Notes under the pieces: model-generated
Databases searched by the model: none
What the model saw: only the letters and a program-made list of their open reading frames with translations
Told to the model about the DNA's origin: nothing
Assembly (NCBI GenBank): GCA_032718475.1
Contig: JAUCBJ010000150.1
Span: 1 to 64,000, forward strand
From: Nemertoderma westbladi
Lineage: Eukaryota > Animalia > Xenacoelomorpha
Direction: 5' to 3'
DNA: 64,000 bases
In this document: positions 11,776-22,635 of the stretch, one piece after another
How the letters are laid out: every line of letters begins with the position of its first letter
How positions within the stretch are numbered: the first letter of the stretch is position 1
Position numbers and translations under genes: made by a program

Positions 11776-12501
11776 TCACAATGTTGCAAGGTGATTCTTC
11801 TGAATGTGACGTAGGCTGCATCGAAAGATTACGGCATCCATTTTATCTATGAAGTAGAATACATACCGTGGATGAATAGCAACCTCTTCGGGGGCACTGG
11901 GAACTCTGAACCAATCATCCGATGTCACGACAACAGAATTCTGAAACCTCTTTCTCATTACCAGGGTGTCTTTACTAAGTGAAACTAAGTCGCTTTCTCC
12001 ATCGGTATTGGACTGAATGCATAAAATGTGGTGATTTTTTATTGTTAACGTGATGCGTCCATCGACATAATCTAATTGTTTTTTAAGACAGTCTCCTGTT
12101 TTACCTTCGAGAACTTTTAAAGGCTGATGATCCGATCTACAATCCGTTTCTGTAGTTTGACGTTTTTCTTCTCGTTTTTTCTTTCTTTTGTATCCCTTTT
12201 TGCGCCTTACCTCAAGAACTTCTTTTACAAACTTCTTAATTTCTTCTTCATCCCGGAATTGAAAGTCATATTGACGTACGTGATTAATTAGCGTGCACCA
12301 CCACATTCCGGTGTTTCCATGGTTTTGTTTTATTTTCGTGTTATGCCAGATTAGAAGGTTGATTTGGTTTGAGGTGACTTTCTTCCATTTAAGCCAATTT
12401 CTGTTGCTGTCAAATGATATTGATATCGAATCAGAGGGATCATTCTTCGTAACGATTGTTGTTACTGGATTTACTGGATTGTCAATTTCAATTTTTACCA
12501 C
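11776..12501 (-). CDS. Tandem PH-like protein/exon, copy 3 (diverged; frame stays open to ~12575)
   Basis: Colinear with copies 1/2 with in-frame indels only; same C-terminus LATL-stop. Confidence 0.6.
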   Translation of the reverse strand: MVKIEIDNPVNPVTTIVTKNDPSDSISISFDSNRNWLKWKKVTSNQINLLIWHNTKIKQNHGNTGMWWCTLINHVRQYDFQFRDEEEIKKFVKEVLEVRRKKGYKRKKKREEKRQTTETDCRSDHQPLKVLEGKTGDCLKKQLDYVDGRITLTIKNHHILCIQSNTDGESDLVSLSKDTLVMRKRFQNSVVVTSDDWFRVPSAPEEVAIHPRYVFYFIDKMDAVIFRCSLRHIQKNHLATL

Positions 12502-13018
12502 GTTATCAGCAATTTGAAGATTACTTTGATCTTTTAACCAAATGGGTACACCATGTACTTTTATTATTATAGTGTCTTAATTGAGAGGACTGCCAAAAAC
12601 TTATTTTTCAACAAATGATTATTCCTAACTCTTCCTTAGAATTGTTAATTTTGCTTTTAATCTGTAGCTACAAGTGTTTACAAAAGGTTTCGCTGTTGAA
12701 TACAGTTAATGATTAACATTATTAACATTAACATTTATTTATTTATAGGGGGGTAGACAACATATAAAATCAAGCAGTTTCAAATAGATGGCGCTTCAGG
12801 GATGACAAAAATGATGACTTTGATGGTTTTCTTTTAATTTCTGTAGGGATAGAGTTCAAAACGACAGGGACCTAATAACTTTTGAGACGGTGTTAAACGA
12901 AATGGAGGGAGATGGAAATCGCCTCTAAAATTATTTTAGAGTTAGAAAACCTGGAATATACAGTTTGTATTAATGGGGTTTATGGGATCTTTTACTGATG
13001 ACCAAAATGGGGATGTTA

Positions 13019-13241
13019 AGGCCATGATACACCACAGGAGCGGCAGCGGCGGCCGGCCGCGGCGAGCCGCCGATATGAGCGGCGACTTATAGTATGATAC
13101 ACTATAGGAGCGGCGAGCGGCAGCAGCCATTTGTGGTGTATCATCACACATAGAAAATAATGTGTTCTATTTTTAAAAAGTGGCCGCTTGCCGCGGCCAC
13201 TCGCCGCTGCCGCTCGCCGCTCCTGTGGTGTATCATGGCCT
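13019..13241. mobile_element. PIF/Harbinger-type MITE
   Basis: TTA|AGGCCATGATACACCACAGGAG ... CTCCTGTGGTGTATCATGGCCT|TTA. Confidence 0.85.
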
Positions 13242-14540
13242 TTATATGCCAAATACATCAACCAACAGTATATTGAAAATTATAATAAATTGCAAAATTA
13301 CAAAATACCAAACAGGCCTTCGTCAGTGGCTAAACTCGACCGTACCTACCAACTAACTAACATACTATGTATTAACTATTTACTAACTAACAAACTAGTT
13401 GGTAGGTAATAATTTTCCATATAATTTCCACCATAATTCAACTATTTGTAATCATTGCATGGCCGTACCACCCTAATAATAACTGCGGTGTAACTGGTGC
13501 AATATCGAAGGAGACACCCTTTTATAACGCTTGTAGCTAAAGAATGAAACCAAAAATATAAATTCTGGCTCACCAATAGCAAGAAGGAGGGAGGTGAATC
13601 TATGTATGTTTCTAATTCAAATTCCATGAAATCTCATTAAGATTTATAGAAATTTAGTGTATTTTCAATGTTTTTAATCAACTTTTCTCACCTAAAAATT
13701 ACTGTTGCATGAAATGGATTCTGTAATATTTTAATTTTTGATTGATTGAAAATTTAAAGTCGAATTTTACCGATTTCAACTCGTCGAGTATGCACCAACT
13801 TTTTTATTTGGGCTATTCAGTCATTTGAGCAACACATTTTTGAGCCTCAGAATCTTTTCAAATATCGCCAATCTCGCATAGAACGTCGCCAAAATTTGTT
13901 AGTCCGGCAAAAAAAACTCACTAATTCGTCTAAAAGAGTAAATTATTGGTTGCAGAATAATATGATTCAACTAGAAAAGCCAGCCAGCTGGCTATAAGGA
14001 GACCGTCCATATAGACAAACGTAGTGTTAGTTGGGTCCCCCCTCATTCATTATTATTAACCTATAAAACATTTGAACGGCCCAGTGCTTAAAATTCAATC
14101 ACCAGGTCTCCCACCTAACATAGCAGTGAGTAACCTTATATATATTACCATAGGATTCACTGGGAAGAGCTATTCAGCAGGCGGGGTAATACATTACAAA
14201 CTTAACAGTTGATATTTTATTACTGCCTGGGATAGAGTGAGATGGTAATAAAGCAAGTAATGACGTACTCATCTGCAGTTTGGGCCTATCCATTCAATAA
14301 ATAGTAGTAGCATACTCGGCACTCATGAGAACCAGCAGCTGGTGTTTCTATCATTGGGTCTATGGCAATTTTCGTGTTTTCATTTTCGCTCACTCAGGGT
14401 ACTGGTTTGAGGGTGCAGGCTCGTTTAAAGCTAGCTTGCTGGCTTTCTAGTTATGTCTCACCCAGGATAGAGGGTGAAGGTGAAACTATCTCGGTTTCAA
14501 AATATGTAATATTTGGGTGGGGGGGGGGGGGGGGGGGAGG

Positions 14541-15261
14541 GGCACTACTATGTCTTGTACACACACCCCCCCCCCCCCCCCACTTTTGTTATAGAACATA
14601 TTTATTGTTCTAGAACACATTTATTATGTTCTAGAACAAAATTTATTTTGATAAAAAAAAATATTATTGTTCTAGAACAATTTTTTTTTCTAGAATTAAT
14701 TTTTATTTTTCCAGTTTCTATAGTAATTATATATTTCGAGAATATTTATGGAGGGATACATTTTCTTAATATTTAAAAATGTTATAGAAATAGTTATACT
14801 GTTGTAGCTACATCATATTTAGTTTTAGTTATGAGTGAAATTAATAAAAAAAAGACAAACACAAAACGATTAACCATAGCAAGAGGGGAGCAGGGAGGTT
14901 TTACGATAAGAAAACAGGAGCAAACACCCAAAGGATAGAGAGTATCTGGAAACAGGCAAAGCAATTAATTATACGCAAACGAAGAGGTACAAAGATGCTG
15001 GCACACCACTTGGCAGAATACAGATGGCGATTACTACATAAAGAATCACCATTCCTCGACTTGATTAAACTAATAAGACAAAAGTACAAATAAGTATAAA
15101 TAATAGCTATAACTAATAAAATAAAATATTTGTTCTAGAACAAAAAATATTTTTTAAATAAATCTAAAGCTGGTCATAAAACAATATTTGATAATAAAAA
15201 TAACACATATACCTAGTATTTATAAAAAAAACAGGGGGTGTGTACAAGACATAGTAGTGCC
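14541..15261. mobile_element. Non-autonomous TIR element with 9-bp TSD (Mutator-like)
   Basis: TIR GGCACTACTATGTCTTGTACACAC / GTGTGTACAAGACATAGTAGTGCC; GGGGGGAGG on both flanks. Confidence 0.7.
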
Positions 15262-15300
15262 GGGGGGAGGGGGGTCCGATTAGCGAACAAAGTAAGATAA

Positions 15301-16434
15301 TTACAATCCAGGACATGGTGTATTCGCGATTGGAAGAGAAACAGCAATAGGGCCACTTTGGATTCCAGCCCCTTGAGATATAGGTACACTTCCGACTAAA
15401 TGATGTGCAGAAACAGAATCATGTATATAAGCTGATTTACTGGGTGCAGAATAATTTAATGTACATGGTGATGAACTTGTGGGTTCAGTAGCGATACTAA
15501 CAGGTAATAGAGGTATTGGGACCATCTGGGTTGCGGTCTGTAGTTCATGTTGATGTAACACATTGGTATCAGTTGATATTGAAGGTAACGATATTGGTGT
15601 GGAATTGTGTCGGTGACTGATGTTGGGGGTCGGATCGGTCGAGCCATTACAAATTTCTATTTTCTCATTAGATAAACAATTTTTCAACCATTTTCTCAAA
15701 TGGTCACTGTCGTTACAGTTATCAATCATTATTTCATCTTTATCCCGTTTCAGTGCTGTTGATAGGGCATACAAGCAAACAAAAGCACCGCAGTCGAACA
15801 AGTTTTTCTGACCAGAGAATCGTCTAACAATGCTTTCTGGCCTCCATGTTTCACTGGTTGGCCTTTTTATGTCCTCTATAATATTTAGTATCTCACATAT
15901 CTTCTTGTCCATTACTGTTACACCTGGACTTTCAACTCCTGAGTCTATAGTGTGCACAGTTTTTGATTTGCGGTCAGCCACATGAAGTACGAAGTGTTCA
16001 TTACATTTGATGTGCTCAGGCAGAAATATCGTGTCTACCGTTGTTGGGTCACTGTGTGCGGTGATTATCCTTATTACCATTGCTTTGTCATATATATTTT
16101 GGTTGAGTTTGGAGCAGAAGGCTTCATAAATACATGCCACATTGTCAACCTGGCGTTCAAGGATAGTCAGGAAATTATCAATTATTGATGTGCTGAGATA
16201 TTTATTCGATTCGAGGCGCAGCTTATCATCTGGCGTGAGTTTCTGAACAATTTTAGATTGATTTCTATGAGGCTGTGTTACTGCATTGATAAATTTTGCG
16301 TCGTATTTGGTTGTATTGGGTTGTTCTGGGAAGGTTATGATCTGGCGAAGTGGCGGGTCATCAGTTATGGGATTGGCATAGTCACTTCCAGCCACTGGGT
16401 TAGTTACATTTTGTTCTACGGAATCTGGTTCCAT
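15301..16434 (-). CDS. Ulp1/SENP-family (peptidase C48-like) cysteine protease within the MEPDSVEQ ORF, copy 3
   Basis: Motifs YLSTSIIDNF, IFLPEHI..EHFVL (His), TIDSG (Asp), QKNLFDCGAFVC (Gln/Cys) in C48 order. Confidence 0.85.
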   Translation of the reverse strand: MEPDSVEQNVTNPVAGSDYANPITDDPPLRQIITFPEQPNTTKYDAKFINAVTQPHRNQSKIVQKLTPDDKLRLESNKYLSTSIIDNFLTILERQVDNVACIYEAFCSKLNQNIYDKAMVIRIITAHSDPTTVDTIFLPEHIKCNEHFVLHVADRKSKTVHTIDSGVESPGVTVMDKKICEILNIIEDIKRPTSETWRPESIVRRFSGQKNLFDCGAFVCLYALSTALKRDKDEIMIDNCNDSDHLRKWLKNCLSNEKIEICNGSTDPTPNISHRHNSTPISLPSISTDTNVLHQHELQTATQMVPIPLLPVSIATEPTSSSPCTLNYSAPSKSAYIHDSVSAHHLVGSVPISQGAGIQSGPIAVSLPIANTPCPGL

Positions 16435-17614
16435 ATCGACGATGTGTTATCGTAGTTGAAGTTTAGTTGTCCTGTTGTCCCTGTTCCATTGTCTTTGGCA
16501 TAATGTCTGGCTGGAGTCACGACAGTTTAACTTTATCCCTGGCTTATTTGCAACTTTCCCCAAGAGGGGGAACTAAAGGAAATTATTGGTCACGAATGCA
16601 GATTACTGCTCTGTTTTAAAATTTTAATATCAACCTCCCTAACCAAGGTAGATAGGGTTATAATTATTCGAATGTTTATCACCTCAAAGGTTGTTTTTGA
16701 TCTAAAAATATCGGATGGTCCATCAAGTGTTGTTATTCGTCACTAAAGTTAAGTAGTTTCTCTAATTAATCAATCCATGAACCTTTTAACATTATTTGCC
16801 TAAATCTTACAGTTGAGTTGCTTAGCGTGAACTTTTGCAGTTTTTTGACTTTGGCTCAGTTTCAGTTAGTTATTGTGACGTGAGTTAGTTCTTAGTTTCA
16901 GTTAGTTAGTGTTACGTGAGATAGTTCTGAGAAACATTTAAAGAGTAAGTGATGTTTATTTTCTTTTTTAATGTTCTAGAACATGTTAGCAATTAATTAA
17001 AAAAGTATACGTTATATAATAAATAATAATAATATTTTGTTCTATTTTAACCAAAACCAAACCCGACTTAACATTGATCAACTTAACCCAACTTATATTT
17101 TTTGTTATCGGTGCAGTCCAGTGCAGCAGTAGTATTTTTTTTTTTACAGTTATCTGCTATTTTACTAAGTCAAATAAATGTTAAACCACAGGGATAATTT
17201 ATTGTAATACACCATAGGCCTACCGGTACTATTATTTATGGTATTTTTTTGTATCTCAAACTCAAATATCTTACTAAAACATTTTTTTATTCATGTACTG
17301 TACTGTAAGTAACCAAGGTGGTCTAAAATATTAACAAAAGTCGGAAAGGTAGCTAGTTTACAAAATGTGGTGGTGGTAAACATATTATTAGTAATTACGA
17401 AATTGTGTAAAATGTTCTCGAACAAACACCATTGGATCGCCTAGTTTACCTGTACATCACTCAATGTGCTAACTATTGACAACTGCGTAATGTAAGCCTT
17501 CGTTTAGTAAAGCGAACGATAAAGCAACTACAGCCTGAATAGAGTTGGTAATATATTATGATTTTCTTTTTAATATAATATTCTGTGTTTGTGATTCAAT
17601 TTGTTGTTTTCTAG

Positions 17615-17755
17615 TTGGTACTGACTGTAATGTTGACCTCCGTTATCATATACATGTACTCCGTTGTCGCATTCAACTTCTTCCGCAAATTCTACGCCCA
17701 GGAAAGTGACGAAGAATCACAACCACCCAGTTTAAAGTGTCACAACATGTGGACG
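17615..17755 (+). CDS. RYR: Ryanodine receptor exon (S5 and luminal loop)
   Basis: TTTTCTAG|[27 protein letters not shown]...KCHNMWT|GTAAGT; phase 0/0. Confidence 0.95.
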
Positions 17756-18034
17756 GTAAGTGAATGTCACAACATGTGGACGGTAAGTGAATGTCACAAC
17801 GTGTGGACGGAAAGTGAATGTCACAACATGTGGACGGAAAGTGAATGTCACAACATGTGGACATAAAGTGAATGTCACAACATGTGGACGGTAAGTGAAT
17901 GTCACAACATGTGGACGGAAAGTGAATGTCACAACATGTGGACGGAAAGTGAATGTCACAACATGTGGACGGAAAGTGAATGTCACAACATGTGGACGGT
18001 AAGTGAATGTCAGAACATGTGAACGGTCAGTGAA
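17738..18034 (+). repeat. 27-bp minisatellite, 11 copies, spanning the RyR exon/donor junction
   Basis: Unit TGTCACAACATGTGGACGGTAAGTGAA; the first copy includes the exon end and donor. Confidence 0.95.
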
Positions 18035-18229
18035 CAAAGTGTCAGAATTTTGCAGCCTAACTCCGATTTCACGTTAGAAATAAAGTTAGTCCTGTTCATC
18101 ATAATAATCCTGATTTCAACTCTTACAGTAGCCATGTTTCTCATCTTCAAATGATTTATTCAATCGAAACATTTAATATAATAGAAACATTATAAAACTC
18201 AGTTTCAACATAATATTCAATATTCAACC

Positions 18230-18231
<2 letters not shown>

Positions 18232-18268
<37 letters not shown>
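18232..18268. repeat. (CA)n microsatellite
   Basis: Direct reading. Confidence 0.95.
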
Positions 18269-18270
<2 letters not shown>

Positions 18271-18654
18271 CAGGTTTTGATTATACATATATTTTCAAAA
18301 CTCAAAACCTGCCAGGTTTGATTTTTGAAAATATATAATCAGTAAAAGTGATCACTTGGAGTGACACAACGAATTGGAATCTATTGAATGAGAATATATC
18401 GCAACATACTGTATAGCACGTTAGATTCTTAACAAGGAAAGTCATTCCCATATTGTGAATAACGTAACTTGATGTAGGCCTACGTTTAGTATTACAGTAC
18501 AAGATATAATTGTTAATCAATCAAATTATTCATATATTATATTGATAGAAAACACAGTAAATTGTTATTAGTACTCGAAACATTTCTAAATTTCTCAATA
18601 ATAATTTTTTGTATACCTATTTATTATTATACTGTACCTGCCATATTGCCTGTA

Positions 18655-18865
18655 TACAGGTGTAAACGCTACGCCGACAACCGACTACCGACAACCAACG
18701 CCGACAACCATTATTAAAGCTAATTAATGTTATTTAATAATGTTACAGTGGAAGATTATTCTAACCAAAACAATAAACGAGAGTTAAGAACTCAGGTTAC
18801 ATTTTCATATTTGCTGTTGTCGGCAGTGGATGTCGGCTGTCGGCGTAGCATTTACACCCCGTGTA
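18655..18865. mobile_element. Small MITE
   Basis: Inverted ends GGTGTAAACGCTACGCCGACA / TGTCGGCGTAGCATTTACACC with internal CCGACAA repeats. Confidence 0.6.
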
Positions 18866-19059
18866 GACTGTCATAATTTGGTACTGTATCGTGTAAACTA
18901 TATTGTCTGATCGGTGTATTGTTTTTACTATGAACCTTGTTTGGTTTGAAATAAAGGAATAAATAAATAAAGACTGTATTCCGTATGTCCAATACCAGTA
19001 TTGTAACATATGTCATCATAATTTTTCAACGTAACAATAAACTTATAAAGCATAATACG

Positions 19060-20900
19060 AAAAGGTTACCGGTACCGTAGTTTTACAAATTAGAATATTA
19101 CCGTAGGGCCGGCGTAACAGGCTAAAATAAAATGTATTGTGTATTATGTGTAATATTTTTTCTTACCGAAATTAGTACCGGCGCGGCACCGACTTAATCC
19201 ACCGACGATGGAGCGGCATTGAAAACTCCTGCACTTCATGGCACATGTGGTGATGCAAAGAATTGCGAATATAACAATGTTCCCTTTGCTCTTTTTTGAG
19301 TACCTCTGTGCACGGACCTTATTCACTATCCGCTCTAATTCCTGAGGAATCTTCCCCTCCCATACTTTAGCGCCCATTCCGGTTAGAGCTTCTTCACTTC
19401 TACTTGTACTGTATTTAATTAGGCCTATAATAATTTACTTTCATTATTAGTTCAGTAGGGCTAGTTGTACCGGTAACACAACATGTAGATGTAATTGTTA
19501 ATGTTTAATGTACAATTTACTACATTATTGAACAATGTTATAATATCTGTACGTTGGTTGACTGGACCAGACTGCCAGAGGTGGACCCATATTATGTTAA
19601 AACAAGTCCTGTTACCGGTAGGTCTAGCTAGCTAGCTAGAACACAATTTCAGTCAGGCCTATTACACATCAGTAAGAAGAAACTGAAAGTAATCAAAATT
19701 GTCGACATGCTCAGCTACCGGTAGGGGGTTTGCCATTTATGAAATGTAGATGGTATGGAAAGACAGAAAGAGGTTCTTCCCCAGCATTAAAAACGATTAT
19801 TATTATTTGCGACGCCTTTCGGGCAGTCGGGTCGGGCCTAAATAAACTCTTCTTCAGGCGATTAAATACCGGTATTAGAACCAAATTTTAAAATGTAAAC
19901 AGACACAACTGCAAATACTGAACAGTGACCGGCACCTGAACAGCCTAAACAATGTATTGCCCAGGCCAGGAGCAGGACAGTAGCTCATCACTTGCCATTG
20001 CCACTACCAGACTACAAGGTGAAAGTAGGTACTGTAGTTAGAAATACATTTAATTGGATTTAGTGTGTTTAAGTGAAGAAACTGAACAATTTCAATAGGC
20101 CCTATGTACAGTAAGTATGTTGTGCTCGTAATCAGTACAGCAGTATGTAGGCCTACGTACGTACAGCCTACAGTATGGTACCGCTAGTATGCCGTCGCCG
20201 TCCGTTACCTGGCTGACTAGCCTACGGTATATATTTATTATTGAAAAGATTCTTTCCCCCCATCTAGCCACCCCCTTGTAACAAAATAGTATAGGCTAAC
20301 GTTTAGAAACCGATCACCTTTTACTTTTCTGAGCGTTACAAATCCCCCCCCCCCCCAGGCTGCGTGTATTCGCATGTTGCGCCATGTATGCATGCCCCGC
20401 CCCCAGGTTTTTTTTTTAACATCAAAATTCCTAAACCTATTGTATTTTTTTTCTTACCGGTAACAAAAGCTAGGTTTTTACAGCACAGCTCTTTACAGAT
20501 CAGCAGAGCCTGTCCCGTTCCCGTTACGGTGAGTACAGGAGTACAGACAGAGTACTGTAGGCCTACTACCGGTACAGACTACAGTTGTACGGTACAGCGG
20601 TAGGCCTACTGAAGTCTGGAAGTACAGAATTCAGTTCTACCGTCATTGTACAGTTGTACACTTTACTGCTTTACGTTCTGTTTACAGCAGTTGTCAGGTT
20701 GTAGTTATCAAATTATTGTACTTACCTGTAGGCTGTAGCGCTGTAGGCCTATTTTGCGTAATTTTAACGTTTATTATGATTATCATTTATTAGCATTACC
20801 GGTAATCGGATCATCAACTTTCGAAGTTTCGAACAATTCATTAAAGCATTACAGCATTAGGCCAGTACTGCAGTAGGCCCTCTCCACTCTCATCTCTGCA
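19060..20900. promoter_or_regulatory. Putative promoter region of nested M6PR, rich in TACCGGTA/TAGGCCTA palindromes
   Basis: About 7 TACCGGTA and 5 TAGGCCTA in 1.8 kb directly upstream of the CDS; rare elsewhere. Promoter role is inferred. Confidence 0.4.
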
Positions 20901-20975
20901 TCTGCTCATTCAATTTCCCGATATTTTGATACCAACCGACCAATAATTTATCGCAACGCAAGACAACCAAGCACA

Positions 20976-21845
20976 ATGTTCGGTGCTCATTATCTGTCTT
21001 CCCTTCATGCCCTTGTATTTCTACTTTACATATCAACAGTTTCGCGATACGTTTTGTGCGAATCAGATACCGGTACTTGTAATGTAACAAACTCGGGTAA
21101 GAAGAAGGAGGACGAACTATTAACCCGCATACAGCCGTTGTTCAGCGTATACGAAGCCACAGACGAGACTAATAAACACAAATACCGCCTCAATCTCTGC
21201 GCAAAACCGGCCGCAGAACAGCAAGCCATGGAGCAGACAGACGCCACAGCAACCTCCTGGGACTCTCCTAAACCTGTACTGATCGGCTCTCTAGATGGCG
21301 TCACAGTTAAGAGCGGCCCGGACTGGATGATGTTGGAGTTCGGAAACGGAGCGGCGTACGGTTCGCATTGCGGATCGGAAGCTCGTCGGGCGCTGCTCAT
21401 GTTGTTGTGCGAACCGGATATGACGTCACCGGTACTACGGATTCTAGAAGAGGAGAACGGAAAGGGGAGCGGTTGCTATTACATGTTCCAGATGAGTAGC
21501 GCGTTAGTTTGCGATCACGGGGCACCCAGTGGGTTGAGCGCTGGCTCTATACTGGTTATCATTCTCTTTGTGTTCGTTACTTTGTACCTGATCGTGGGTT
21601 TCACCTACCAGCGTTTCGTTATGGCGGCCAAGGGGGTGGAACAGGTTCCCAACTACGCGTTCTGGCGGGAGTTCGGCAACCTGGTCGCGGACGGTTGCGA
21701 CTTCGTGTTCCGTTCCGAACCCCGCGAGCCTTCGCGTCCCTACACGGGTCTACCCGGGGCCGAATCCCCCCGGGCCTCGGGGGCCATCGGCTCCAACTCC
21801 GGACTCATGGTCGACAGGGATGACGACAACCTACTTCCTGTCTAA
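20976..21845 (+). CDS. M6PR: Cation-dependent mannose-6-phosphate receptor, uninterrupted CDS nested in an RyR intron
   Basis: Signal peptide, six-Cys MRH domain (LNLC, W-MLEF-NG-AYGSHC, CYYMFQMSSALVC), TM LSAGSILVI, YQRFV-AKG-EQVPNYAFW, C-terminal DDDNLLPV (DxxLL sorting motif). Confidence 0.93.
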   Translation: MFGAHYLSSLHALVFLLYISTVSRYVLCESDTGTCNVTNSGKKKEDELLTRIQPLFSVYEATDETNKHKYRLNLCAKPAAEQQAMEQTDATATSWDSPKPVLIGSLDGVTVKSGPDWMMLEFGNGAAYGSHCGSEARRALLMLLCEPDMTSPVLRILEEENGKGSGCYYMFQMSSALVCDHGAPSGLSAGSILVIILFVFVTLYLIVGFTYQRFVMAAKGVEQVPNYAFWREFGNLVADGCDFVFRSEPREPSRPYTGLPGAESPRASGAIGSNSGLMVDRDDDNLLPV

Positions 21846-22635
21846 ATTATTTATTATTAAACATCTTGATTTTCTAATAAATGTGCTATCGTTTGCTATG
21901 TATTTGTTTTACATGTAGTATTTATTTAGTAGATATATGAGACTCAAAGAATAATATCAAAACTTACAATATTGAGTTCAGGAAAACTCGTTATTATCCT
22001 TAAACCGAAACCGCAATAGTTTATACAGTCTAGAGTTAGTAAGTTATATGAGAGGAAATGTTATGTGGAGTTAAAAGCTAATAATAACTGATTGATTCTA
22101 CTATTCATCTAGTCAGTAAACATTATATAGCTGATTTCACGGAATTACATAACAGATGTCACACTGATTCACTCTCTAAAAAACAGTAATTTATAAACAA
22201 AGAGTTCCTATTTAATAAAATATTAGGTATTTTTTAATAAATCAGCTAAAGTTAATAAGTAATATTTTAAATGGTGATTCGGTGGTGACAGTATATTGTT
22301 TATTTGTTGACAGAGCCCGCGCAATAGAGATACTAATGTTTCAATGTTAATGATACTTATTTCTACGAAACGTTTATCTCTAGTTTGCGACTGTGAACAT
22401 TAAAAGTGCAAGTCAAGTGTGTTTTGTGAAATATTTTACGATACTGGAGTTATAGAAATTGTAAAACCTTTATTAATATAGTTTGTCATTGCAAAATGTG
22501 TTTTGTAAAATCATTTGTGTCAAATTGTATCTTTATGTTTCCGTTTTTTATTTTTAAGTCATGAATATTGAAAATATTATCAGAATCAATCTTCACAAAC
22601 TCATACTTAATCACGCTTTACACACAGGGACAGGC

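Larger units (their letters stand above)
12549..15320. mobile_element. TA-flanked MITE of unit 3, expanded by nested insertions
   Basis: TA|CACCATGT left end and GGACATGGTG|TA right end at the same positions relative to the ORFs as in units 1/2. Confidence 0.65.
2790..17510 (-). repeat. Tandem segmental triplication (units ~2790-7130, ~7130-11660, ~11660-17510)
   Basis: Units 1 and 2 are nearly identical at an offset of ~4327 bp. Unit 3 is diverged and expanded but keeps homologous blocks (16430-16540 ~ 4405-4515; 17330-17505 ~ 4600-4775). Confidence 0.9.

Noticed and set aside
17738-18034. CRISPR-like appearance of the 27-, 34- and 37-bp arrays
   Set aside because: Head-to-tail units with no unique spacers, eukaryotic context, no cas genes.
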